In this document: positions 37,991 to 46,900 of the stretch, in pieces
Position numbering within the stretch: the first letter of the stretch is position 1
Layout: each line of letters begins with the position of its first letter
IMG/VR virus record: IMGVR_UViG_3300005471_000011
Span: 40,108 to 104,107 of that record
Length of the DNA: 64,000 bases
Direction: 5' to 3' (one strand)
Source of the DNA: a virus
Translations under genes and position numbers: made by a program
The notes under the pieces: generated by a model
Told to the model about the DNA's origin: nothing
The model's input: the letters and a program-made list of their open reading frames with translations, nothing else
Database searches by the model: none

Positions 37991-40633
37991 TTAGCGAGGC
38001 TTGCGATTTTTAGCCACTGCTTTTGGCGGCGGCATTTGTCGCTTCTGGATCTTTGGCAAGGAGCGTTTTCTTGTCTTAGCTGTTGCTTGCGGCGCTGACT
38101 CGGCCAACGGCGATGACCGCTTTGCCAGAACCTCCACGGGAATGTCGCTTTCGCTCACGCCTCCCATCGGCAACATTCTGGCGATTCCAGCGGTTAGCTC
38201 GCCAAGTTCTTCGATTGCGCTAACTTGCTGTCGCTTTAGCTCCCTAGCACGATCAAGAAGCGCAACAACCGTTTTCATCTGTGATTTTGTCTTCGGCAGA
38301 GCGACAACCATTTCAAGGAATCGTTTTTCTTTATAGCGATTGCGGCTTGTCTTCGTCGATCCGGTCGAAATTCGGTCCACTTCGTCAAGGTATTGCGGGC
38401 TGTTTAAGCAATGAACGACATACGACGACACCAACTCAGGTTCATCAACGTCCCCGCGCACGATGAAGGTTGGGAACTCGCCGGAAACATGACAGCCATC
38501 GTGCTCCGGCGGGACTACGGCGAATGAGCCACGGAAGGCAAACAGGCGATTGTAAATGACGCTGCCCGCGGAAACTTGATTCAGCTTGCTACCCTTAATC
38601 AACCGCCCTGACTTCTCCTCTCGGACGAAGGTGCCCAGCCCCCACCACTTTACCCCCAATACGCGATAGTGACGCTCCCGGTCAATCTTCTCCATGTGTT
38701 TAGTCTGAATGAACAATTCAGATAGCGCAACTGGCTGAGTTTCGAGGCCAGAGAATGCTATGCGAATATCAGCCAACGCTGATTTCAGGGCCGTGGTTAT
38801 CAGAGAAAGATGCCCCTCGACAGCGGCTACGTTGGTTGCAATTTCAGCATCGGTTGGCGGAACGACTGGCAGTCGCTTTCGGTAATACTCCGCATCCATG
38901 CGATCTTCGAGCGTGGCAACCCAGCTTTGCGGGTGCGCTTGACTCTTCTTTCCGCGCGAGAATGCCCTGTAGTCAAGTAGAACCTCTGGAAGTTGATTGC
39001 CGGCCACGGGAGCACCATTCGGCGCGTAGCCGCTGTTTTCAACCACCGCCATGAATGTTTCGCCCTGCGCCCCAGTCTCATCGACTTCGGGCTTCTTTTC
39101 CAAAAACAGAATGCTCGTCTTGGACCTCGCGTTGTAGCCTTCAAACGTAACCGCTGGCAAACTGACTATCCCCTTAATCCAGGCGTGCTGCTTGATGTAG
39201 TCGCGAACCTTAACCTTGCTGTCGTTGTTCAAAATGCCGTCGATTACGACAATGGCAACTGAGCCACCCGGCTTCACCAATCGCAAGCTACGCTCGACAG
39301 CTAGGATTACTCGATCTTGTTTGTGCTTTCTCCTGAGTTCATACCGACTCAAGATCGCGACATCGCTCTCGTATGACCCGAACGGTGGATTAGTGATGCA
39401 GAGATCGAATGTCCCCTCTTGGATTTTCCCCGGCACGTCCACTAAGCCATGATGCTTAACAATCCCAGCGCTGCCGTCCCCGTGGACGATCATGTTCATT
39501 TTGCAAGCCAGTGTCGTCCGCTCTTTCCAATCGGTTCCAAAAATGCAGCGATTTGATAGCTCGATTTTCCACTTCGATTTTTCATCCTCGCTGAACTCCT
39601 GAAGCCTGATTTTCTCGCTGACGACCTCAAAGGCATAGATTAGGAATCCGCCTGTCCCGCAAAATGGGTCGATGATCTTTTGGCCGATCTTCGGGTCAAT
39701 CGCGTCCACCATGAACTCGACTACATTACGCGGCGTGAAAAACTCTCCTAAGCCGCCAGTGAATGTGTCCCCAAGAAAATACTCGAACGCTTCGCCCTTC
39801 ACGTCGAACGCCGTCAGTGATAGGTCGTAGCCTTCAAACTGGCTTACGATGGTGCGAATTGTTCGATCATCTAGGGCGATATTGCTGTCAGGATCGAAGA
39901 GGTCGGAGAATTGCGGGTCTTCCTTGGTTTCTTGCCAAATCTGCTTGACGACGTTGACGCCCAGCTTCGCGAGCGTGTCATCGAATACCTTTGTCCGAAA
40001 CCGATTGGCGTCCCCCGGATGCGTTCGCTCTTCGTGCATTTTGCAGAAGAGCACCTTCGACATTTCGTCAAATGCCTTGGTGGGGTCATCGCCTTGGTTA
40101 TTCCGTATCTCGTTGTGGCAGGCGCGCAAGATCGACTTGAACGACTGCACGTCGTCGATGATGAAGAGTTCGTGTTTCGCCTCCAGCCGTAGCGATTCCT
40201 GCACTTCGGCGCTGACGACGAACTTTACAAAATCATCTGAGAGATCTCGCCTGTGCGGTAGATCTGCAAGCCGGTTTTTGCTAAGCGACTGATACACCCG
40301 CGTCTGGAGGCCGTTGGTAACGACCACTAGCGGCGCGATTCGCGGCAGCAGCCTTGCGTAAGAAATCGCCTGCTCAGTATCCCGGCGAATTAACGGTTCC
40401 CCTGGAGGCTTGGTTTCGCAAACGATTAGCGGCGTGGTCTTGGCGGTCGTCGTATAGACCACCGCATCGGCAAAAATCGTCTTTGTTTTGCGCCCCTCTT
40501 GGATCTCGATTGGCTTGTTAAAATCAATACAGTTCTGCTTGTATCCACGCAACCCCAGATAGGGAACAAGGAACTTGACCTTCACGTCCTCCTCGGACAA
40601 AAGATCATCGGGGGCCGGCAGAGAATAGGACAT
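37991..40633 (-). CDS. single-chain restriction-modification enzyme (HsdR_N-like nuclease, N6-adenine MTase, TRD; Type IIG-like)
   Basis: SEEDVKVK..FAD.VVY..CETK nuclease; GEFFTPR, IIDPFCGTGGFL (motif I), NPPF (motif IV); C-terminal HsdS-like TRD; start at 40633 preferred over 40747. Confidence 0.85.
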   Translation of the reverse strand: MSYSLPAPDDLLSEEDVKVKFLVPYLGLRGYKQNCIDFNKPIEIQEGRKTKTIFADAVVYTTTAKTTPLIVCETKPPGEPLIRRDTEQAISYARLLPRIAPLVVVTNGLQTRVYQSLSKNRLADLPHRRDLSDDFVKFVVSAEVQESLRLEAKHELFIIDDVQSFKSILRACHNEIRNNQGDDPTKAFDEMSKVLFCKMHEERTHPGDANRFRTKVFDDTLAKLGVNVVKQIWQETKEDPQFSDLFDPDSNIALDDRTIRTIVSQFEGYDLSLTAFDVKGEAFEYFLGDTFTGGLGEFFTPRNVVEFMVDAIDPKIGQKIIDPFCGTGGFLIYAFEVVSEKIRLQEFSEDEKSKWKIELSNRCIFGTDWKERTTLACKMNMIVHGDGSAGIVKHHGLVDVPGKIQEGTFDLCITNPPFGSYESDVAILSRYELRRKHKQDRVILAVERSLRLVKPGGSVAIVVIDGILNNDSKVKVRDYIKQHAWIKGIVSLPAVTFEGYNARSKTSILFLEKKPEVDETGAQGETFMAVVENSGYAPNGAPVAGNQLPEVLLDYRAFSRGKKSQAHPQSWVATLEDRMDAEYYRKRLPVVPPTDAEIATNVAAVEGHLSLITTALKSALADIRIAFSGLETQPVALSELFIQTKHMEKIDRERHYRVLGVKWWGLGTFVREEKSGRLIKGSKLNQVSAGSVIYNRLFAFRGSFAVVPPEHDGCHVSGEFPTFIVRGDVDEPELVSSYVVHCLNSPQYLDEVDRISTGSTKTSRNRYKEKRFLEMVVALPKTKSQMKTVVALLDRARELKRQQVSAIEELGELTAGIARMLPMGGVSESDIPVEVLAKRSSPLAESAPQATAKTRKRSLPKIQKRQMPPPKAVAKNRKPR

Positions 40634-40845
40634 TATGCCCTCTTTGTCCCGGTAGGTTTCTTCGGCTTGTCCCAATAGGGGCTTTTGCAGTGCGGGCACA
40701 CTCGCGGATGTTCGTCCGGTTTCCGCGGAACCCATTCGTGAGAACATCGCTCACAACGATACCCCGGCACGGTGAGTTTGATTTTCGCCATAGCCGGTAT
40801 CTTACCAGATAATCAGTTATTTCAAAGGCAAATACTAGCCGGGGA

Positions 40846-40874
40846 TTGACGAATACTTACTTAGATAGTATATT
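40846..40874 (+). promoter_or_regulatory. transposase promoter
   Basis: TTGACG-17 bp-TATATT upstream of a GGAG RBS. Confidence 0.55.
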
Positions 40875-40913
40875 ACTACGAAAGTAAGACACAGACTGAC
40901 TGGAGTTACTGCC

Positions 40914-41921
40914 ATGAACGACCGCGAGCAACGTGGGTTGACAATCGCCGCACTGACGAAGTTGGTCCGCAAGGGCGGTATTTGGGTTGTGCCTTCACAA
41001 TCTGGACCAGCGAAATATACCGTTTGCCCAGATCCGATCAATCCCCACTGCACGTGCGCGGACCACGAAACCCGCGGCTGTAAGTGTAAACACATTTTCG
41101 CCGTCGAATTCGCGATGAAGCGCGAAGAGGCGGCAGACGGCACGGTGACGGAAACGCGGTCGATTACCCTGACTGAGAAGCGGACGACCTACACTCAGGA
41201 TTGGCCCGCGTACAATGCCGCCCAAACCACTGAGAAGGGCACGTTCCAGGTAATGCTCCGCGACTTGTGCAATGGAATACAGGAACCGCAGCAGGGGATG
41301 GGACGCCCTCGCATCCTGCTCCGAGATGCCCTCTTCGCAGCTTGCTTCAAGGTCTATTCCACGTTCTCAGGCCGGCGGTTTATGACCGACCTGAAAGAGG
41401 CGCACGGGGAAGGCCACCTAACCCGCTGCCCGTCGTACAATTCGATCTTCGCTGTTTTTGAATCGCCAGAGACCGATGGCGTACAGCTTCCCAAGCTGCT
41501 CGGAACGACGGCCCAGCGATTCACGGTCAAGGAGGTTTCTGCCGACTTAGCTTACTCGACTAACACGAACCTAGCGGAAGTGGACGCGCTCGGCGCGTCG
41601 CCAATGATCCCATTCAAGCGGAACGCGGTCGCCACATCCGGCGGCTTGTGGTCCAAGATGTTTCACTACTTTCAATTTCACCGCCAAGAATTTCTGAGCC
41701 GCTATCACCTGCGGTCGAATGTCGAGAGCACATTCTCTATGATCAAGAGGAAGTTCGGCGATTCGCTGCGGAGCAAGACTGACGTAGCGATGAAGAATGA
41801 AACGCTGGCCAAGCTGGTTTGCCACAACATTTGCTGCGTCATTCAGGAAATGCACGAATCGGGCGTCGATCCGACTTTCTGGGCAGATTCGGCAGTTGCC
41901 CAGAAAGGAGCCAACAACTAG
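40914..41921 (+). CDS. DDE transposase (IS4/IS5-superfamily-like) with N-terminal SWIM zinc finger, probably internally deleted
   Basis: CTCADH....CKHI SWIM; QDWPAYN.AQ; SADLAY; YH.RSNVESTFS.IKRKFG; first catalytic Asp region apparently missing. Confidence 0.8.
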   Translation: MNDREQRGLTIAALTKLVRKGGIWVVPSQSGPAKYTVCPDPINPHCTCADHETRGCKCKHIFAVEFAMKREEAADGTVTETRSITLTEKRTTYTQDWPAYNAAQTTEKGTFQVMLRDLCNGIQEPQQGMGRPRILLRDALFAACFKVYSTFSGRRFMTDLKEAHGEGHLTRCPSYNSIFAVFESPETDGVQLPKLLGTTAQRFTVKEVSADLAYSTNTNLAEVDALGASPMIPFKRNAVATSGGLWSKMFHYFQFHRQEFLSRYHLRSNVESTFSMIKRKFGDSLRSKTDVAMKNETLAKLVCHNICCVIQEMHESGVDPTFWADSAVAQKGANN

Positions 41922-42368
41922 GACTTATTGGGCAAAGCCCCGCACTGTCTCAGAAATCGAAAGCATGCTCGTTCGCGCTGGTGCCAGAAGTATCTCCAAG
42001 GAATACGCCAACGGCTCAGTCCAGGCGCTTAACTTTGTGATCATGTGTCCTGAGACGCAGGCACCACTTGGCGTGCGTTTGCCGGCTGACCAGGAAGCGG
42101 TTTTTCAAGTATTGAAAAAGGCGCGCAGCCCTCGCGCTCGCTGGCATCGCGGGTGGGAAGATAAAGTCCGCGAGCAAGCCAAGCGAACCGCCTGGAGGCT
42201 GATGTTCGACTGGGTAGCCGTGCAGCTCTCGCTGATAGAGATGAAGCAAGCGGAGCTAATGCAGGTGTTCTTGCCGTATTTGTGGGCTGGCAAGACGACG
42301 TTTTACGAGTCGATCAAGCAAAACAAATTTGCTGCGCTGAGCTATGAGGGCGAAAGGCCGAGCGAGCA

Positions 42369-43187
42369 ATGAACGCACGAGGCGTCCTGTATTACAACAT
42401 CGGCGACCGCTACGCCGTGCCGCTGGCGGTGTCCCTGATGACGCTGCGCGACTGGTACGCGGGTCCGGTGGCAATCGTCACGGACATGGCTGGTATCCCG
42501 TGGATTCGCAAGATGCTCAAGATTCCCGGCTTGCTGCCACTGGATATCATCCCCATGCTGCCGGAAAGCTCCTCCGAGCAGTGGCGCTATCTTGCCAAGC
42601 TCGAACTGCCGGAGCTATCACCGTTCGCCTCCACGGTCATGCTGGACGCGGACACGCTGGTCGTCGGGTCCATCGAGGAGTTGTGGCCCGACATGAAATC
42701 CGGGGAAGTGGTCCTGACAAATCGTTCCAACGGCGCCACGGCTCACGTCAAGATGCGGCTGCGATGCCAGCAGTGGATTGATATCGCTCCGCTGCGCGCG
42801 AGGCGCGTGCGTTCCCAGCGGTTCAAGGTTGCCGCGATCAACACGGGCATCATGGCTTGGTCGCGCAACAGCTCGCCTTTCGTGCGCGAATGGTACCGGC
42901 TGGCGAGGCTCCGTCCGATCCACAGTTGCGACGAGATGGCGGCACAGCTCACCTATCCCGACTTCCCGCACAGGATTCTGGATTCCCGCTACAATGCCAA
43001 CGTGACCTACGACCGGGAGGACGTGCGAATCTGGCACGGGCCGCGGTCACAGTTCTGGAAGGCAGGCGGGCGCGGCAGGGCGCTGTGGACGCCTTATTTC
43101 CGGCGAGAACTGCCATTGCTGCGAGAGCTGCTGCCAACGGCGGCGTGGCTTGGTGGCTGGCTGGAAAGGGAAACAGGGAAAGCATGA
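42369..43187 (+). CDS. GT8-like glycosyltransferase (paralogue of 35389)
   Basis: SPFASTVMLDADTLV, INTGI, DEMAAQL, IWH. Confidence 0.75.
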   Translation: MNARGVLYYNIGDRYAVPLAVSLMTLRDWYAGPVAIVTDMAGIPWIRKMLKIPGLLPLDIIPMLPESSSEQWRYLAKLELPELSPFASTVMLDADTLVVGSIEELWPDMKSGEVVLTNRSNGATAHVKMRLRCQQWIDIAPLRARRVRSQRFKVAAINTGIMAWSRNSSPFVREWYRLARLRPIHSCDEMAAQLTYPDFPHRILDSRYNANVTYDREDVRIWHGPRSQFWKAGGRGRALWTPYFRRELPLLRELLPTAAWLGGWLERETGKA

Positions 43188-43792
43188 GCGGCACCTCGGC
43201 GCAGCTTACGGCGGTCACGTGCGTATATTGGATGCACCGCTACAACTTTGAGCCGCGAACGATTCTGAACATCGGTATTGGCAAGACGTGTCCTGAGTTG
43301 GCGATCTGGCAATGGCTGCTGCCAAACGCGCAAATCCTTGGCGTTGATCCACGCTGGAGCCCGCGCGGCAACTGGAGCAGGGGCGGTGCCAAGCAGCTCA
43401 AGGTTGGCGTCGGGGACGGGACCAAGCCCACGGCGACTTACTGCGGCGATTGCCGGTCGGTCAAGTGCGAAAACCCAGCGCACACCGCGCACAAGTCCAC
43501 CGCGACCATGACGACGATTGACCAGATCGTCGCGGACGAGAAACTCCAGCCGCCGTTTTTTATCTGGATGGACATTGACGGCGGGGAGATCGACGCGATC
43601 CACGGTGCCAAGCTGACGCTGCCGCACGCGGGATACATGAACGTGGAGTTCTGCGACCACAAGCAGATTCCGGAGCACCGCGAGCAGTTGCACTTGCTGC
43701 TAAACGCTCACAGCTTCGTCCTCATGTACGATCACAAGGCCGTGTCTCAGGACAGGCTTTATCGCAACCGCCGCTTCAAGATGCCAAAATGA
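43184..43792 (+). CDS. FkbM-like methyltransferase
   Basis: ILNIGIG, GVDP, TTID, WMDIDGGE...I.GA. Confidence 0.7.
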   Translation: MSGTSAQLTAVTCVYWMHRYNFEPRTILNIGIGKTCPELAIWQWLLPNAQILGVDPRWSPRGNWSRGGAKQLKVGVGDGTKPTATYCGDCRSVKCENPAHTAHKSTATMTTIDQIVADEKLQPPFFIWMDIDGGEIDAIHGAKLTLPHAGYMNVEFCDHKQIPEHREQLHLLLNAHSFVLMYDHKAVSQDRLYRNRRFKMPK

Positions 43793-43980
43793 TCAAGGAC
43801 GTGCTGACTCCCAAGGATGTTGCGAAGCTGACTGGCTTCAGCCAGAGCACCATCAAGAAATGGATGGATCGTGGCTTGCTTAAGGGCTGGCGCATTCCCG
43901 GCTCGAACCACCGACGGTTCGACCGCGAGACCGTGCTGGCGTTCCTGCGCAGCAACGGGATTCCGGAACCTGCGCCATGA
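43789..43980 (+). CDS. excisionase-like (HTH_17) DNA-binding protein
   Basis: LTPKDVAKLTGFSQSTIKKWMDRGLLKGWRIPGSNHRRF...FLRSNGIP. Confidence 0.8.
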   Translation: MIKDVLTPKDVAKLTGFSQSTIKKWMDRGLLKGWRIPGSNHRRFDRETVLAFLRSNGIPEPAP

Positions 43981-44489
43981 TCCGCCTGGGGTTCACCCGC
44001 TACGAGTTGCCGGAGCTGATCGACCTGCAAGGCTACAAGCGCGCCGTCGAGGTCGGAATCAACCTTGGCCAGTTCAGCTATCATCTGCTCAAGTACTCCA
44101 AGCTGGAGCTGCTTGTCAGCGTGGACAGTTACCCAGGCAAGTACCGCAAGGCGATGCCGAGCGCCAAAAACTATTTGGCGCCGTTCGGGGCGCGGTCGCA
44201 GTTGTTGCGGCGATCCAGCGTGGACGCGGCAGCGACCGTCGCTAACGGATTCTTTGACTTCGTGTATATTGACGCGGCGCACGACTATGCCAGCGTTCAT
44301 GCTGACATTGAGGCATGGGCGAGGACGGTTCGTCCGGGTGGGCTGCTCGCTGGCCACGACTACACGCCGGCGCACGCGGGCGTGATGCAGGCGGTGGACG
44401 AGTTCACGTCCAATTCAAACTGGACGCTTTTTTCGACGCGCGAGCTGTGGGCGAGTTGGATGTTCTTTGTGCCGGAGTCGGCTAGTTGA
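43977..44489 (+). CDS. class I SAM methyltransferase (Methyltransf_24-like)
   Basis: VEVG..G.FS, SVD, FDFVYIDAAHDY, GGLLAGHDY. Confidence 0.85.
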   Translation: MIRLGFTRYELPELIDLQGYKRAVEVGINLGQFSYHLLKYSKLELLVSVDSYPGKYRKAMPSAKNYLAPFGARSQLLRRSSVDAAATVANGFFDFVYIDAAHDYASVHADIEAWARTVRPGGLLAGHDYTPAHAGVMQAVDEFTSNSNWTLFSTRELWASWMFFVPESAS

Positions 44490-44514
44490 CACGGCACGCA
44501 GCACTATGTAAAAT
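44486..44514 (+). promoter_or_regulatory. near-consensus sigma70-type promoter for the RAMP/array operon
   Basis: TTGACA-17 bp-TAAAAT with TG immediately before the -10. Confidence 0.75.
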
Positions 44515-44655
44515 GCCAGCCGTGGCTACCAACCATCTCGCAAACATACGCGCCCTCTGCGCGAGGTTTTCTCTTGGTTGGTAGCCTGGGTTAGCCCGCG
44601 CAGGGGGCGTTCCTTCTGCGGGGCATGGCAACTGTTTTTCGAGGAGCCTCAGGTT

Positions 44656-45447
44656 ATGACGACTGCAACTGTTGGAAAGAATCGGTTGAACGGAGACACG
44701 GCGCTTGATGGCGACATCCAGGTCGCCGAGGATCAGGCGCGAGCCAACGCCAAGGAGAAGGGCAAGAAAGAGACGATCCAGGTCAAGCCGCTGCGGCTCA
44801 AGGTGCTTGAGGTCATCATCATCGGCACCGCGCCGCTGCTCCAGTTGCGTTTCTCCGCCAAGGCAATCGCCAAGATGCGGGCGACGCAGGAAGCCGGGGG
44901 GCAGGCCAAGTCCAAGAAGAACCGCGAGGCACGGGACTTCCACGCGGATTACCTGGGTGCCTTTCATCTGTTCGCTGACGGCACTCCCGGATTCCCGGCA
45001 TCGGCGATCCGCGCGGCGTGCATCAGCGCGTGCCGCACGTGCAATTTCAAGATGACGCTGGCGAAGCTTTCCATTTTCACGCTGGCGGACGGCTTGGACA
45101 TCGTGGACGGCATCCCGCTGGTCAAGGTGTTCGGCACGCCGGAGGAGACAGTAATGCCTGTTCGAAATCAAACTGGCGTTACGGATTTGCGGGCGCGTCC
45201 GATGTTCAAAGCCTGGAAGGCAAAAGTTCGAATCCGCTTCGATGAAGACCAGTTTTCTGCGCAAGATGCGTACAACCTTCTCTGCCGCGCCGGCGCTCAG
45301 GTCGGTATCGGAGAAGGACGGCCGGACTCACGCGAGTCGGCCGGCATGGGGCTGGGCACTTTCCGCGTGATCCTGCCGGACGATGAAGCGAGCGACGAGG
45401 AGGCGTTGCAGATTCCTTGGAAGGCGAAGGCGGTGGTTGAAGCCTAG
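44656..45447 (+). CDS. Cas7/RAMP-like RRM protein (candidate RNA-guided effector)
   Basis: GAGGAG RBS; LEVIIIGTAPLL (RAMP first strand); PGFPASAIRAAC (compare Cas7/Csm3 P.IPGSSLKG); C-terminal glycine-rich loop VGIGEGRP...GMGLGTFRV; array starts at its stop codon. Confidence 0.7.
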   Translation: MTTATVGKNRLNGDTALDGDIQVAEDQARANAKEKGKKETIQVKPLRLKVLEVIIIGTAPLLQLRFSAKAIAKMRATQEAGGQAKSKKNREARDFHADYLGAFHLFADGTPGFPASAIRAACISACRTCNFKMTLAKLSIFTLADGLDIVDGIPLVKVFGTPEETVMPVRNQTGVTDLRARPMFKAWKAKVRIRFDEDQFSAQDAYNLLCRAGAQVGIGEGRPDSRESAGMGLGTFRVILPDDEASDEEALQIPWKAKAVVEA

Positions 45448-46367
45448 GCTCGTTTGTCGCGGATAGTTTAGGAGTGCCTTGTCCCGCATTGTTCGGGCGA
45501 GGCAGGCATGGTAAGTCGCGGCATGCCTAGTCGCTGTTTGGCAGGCATGTCCCGACGTGTTAGGGCAAGCTGCGGCACCGCGGGCTGTGTCACGGCGCGG
45601 CAGGCATGTCCCGTTGGTCCGCTTCGGTCGGTATGGCACGGAGAGGTACGGCAGGCTTGACTAGTCCCGGAATGGTCGGTCGGTCATGGCAGGCATTACC
45701 CGTCACGCTTCGGTATGGCAAGACGCGGCAGGCAAGATTCGTCTCGGCAGGATTCGTCTCGGTTGGTTCTGGAATGGCATGTCAAGGTCTGGCAGGCCCG
45801 TCGGGTCTGGCCGTTGCTGGGCACGGTTTGCACGCGGTATGGCAGGCATGGCTGAGCGAGTCCCGTTGTGTTCCGGTCCGGCAGGAGCGGAAGGTTTCGG
45901 CGGGGTGTGGTAGGTCTCGGCAGGCTAGTATTGGAGCGTTTCGGATTGGTGAGGCACGGTTTCGCAGGCGAGCCAAGGCATGTCAGGTCCGGACGATGAG
46001 CGGCTCGGCAGGCATGGAACGGCAAGTTGAGTTTGGACTAGTCGCGGTTCGGCAGGCGTGGAGCGTTCGGTTCGACATGTTAGGGTGCGGATCGTATGGT
46101 CCGCTACGGCAGGCACGTCGGGTCAGGACTGTGCGGAGCGAGTTCGGGCACGGTCAGACGCGGCAGGCCAGCCATCGCATGGCGCGTTTGGTCCTTGCAA
46201 GGCTATGCAGGTCCCGGCAGGCAGCGCGGGTCATGGTAAGGCAAGGCATGGTTCGTCGTCGCAGGCGAGGTTCGTCAAGTCCCGGTGGTAAGCGATTCGT
46301 CGCGGAGAGGTTTGGCAGGCGTGTCACGGAGAGTTCAGCAGTGGGTTTGTCAAGGCAGGCACGGTTT
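45447..46367 (+). repeat. array 1: GGCA-anchored pentamer (GDY-NN) repeat array, putative guide-RNA array
   Basis: 19 (G/C)GCAGG anchors at 45501,45540,45599,45650,45688,45727,45791,45841,45880,45919,45963,46007,46051,46108,46162,46216,46260,46314,46354; 13 of 18 spacings equal 4+5n. Confidence 0.9.
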
Positions 46368-46396
46368 TATTTCTTTCACAATCAGGAGATCGTTTT

Positions 46397-46900
46397 ATGG
46401 TGACCGAGATCAATGATGCAGTACGCAATGAAATGCTGGCGCTGCTCGATGACGACGGGCTGCTCAAGCCTGAAGCCGTCGTTGCGGCGGCAGCCAATGA
46501 AGCCAGCAGCATGCACAAGTTCTTCACTTGGGACGATGCTAAGGCAGCCGCCAAGTGCCGGCTGGAAGAGGCGCGTGCTCTGATCCGCAACGTCGAATGC
46601 CAGTACGATGAAAACTGGCTCAAGGGTCCGGTCCCGGCGTTCGTCAGCTTGGCGAATGATCGTGGACGCGAGGGCGGCGGCTATCGCTCCACGCCAGCGG
46701 TGCTGACCAACAATCAGCTTCGCGCGGAGCTGATCGCTACCGCCAAGAAGGAACTGGAGTCCTGGGCGCGACGGCACAAGGTGCTTCGCGGCTATGTGCT
46801 CAACGTGCTGGTCGCCAGCGGGATTGAGCCGACTGGCATTTTTTCAGAGTCCGAGATTGGCTTGACAGTTACAGGAGGAGGCGATCAGGAAGCGGCATAG
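46397..46900 (+). CDS. accessory protein between the arrays
   Basis: AGGAG RBS; G.LKPEAVV.AA....SSMH.FFTWDD.KAA...RLEEAR.LIR motif; bounded by both arrays. Confidence 0.75.
   Translation: MVTEINDAVRNEMLALLDDDGLLKPEAVVAAAANEASSMHKFFTWDDAKAAAKCRLEEARALIRNVECQYDENWLKGPVPAFVSLANDRGREGGGYRSTPAVLTNNQLRAELIATAKKELESWARRHKVLRGYVLNVLVASGIEPTGIFSESEIGLTVTGGGDQEAA

Larger units (their letters stand above)
37935..41939. mobile_element. 4,005-bp IS/transporter element carrying an R-M gene and a DDE transposase
   Basis: TIRs GGCTTTGCCTAGAAAGTC / GACTTATTGGGCAAAGCC (15 of 18 match); exact 10-bp target duplication CCGCACTGTC at 37925-37934 and 41940-41949. Confidence 0.9.
37893..42372 (+). pseudogene. phage gene split by the IS element (37893-37934 joined to 41950-42372)
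   Basis: Removing the element and one TSD copy restores an in-frame 154-aa ORF, MKNYTSTVPADRTV-SEIESMLVRAGARSISKEY... Confidence 0.8.

Noticed and set aside
41797-41949. N-terminus of ORF 41797-42372
   Set aside because: It is read-through from IS sequence; the true N-terminus is at 37893.
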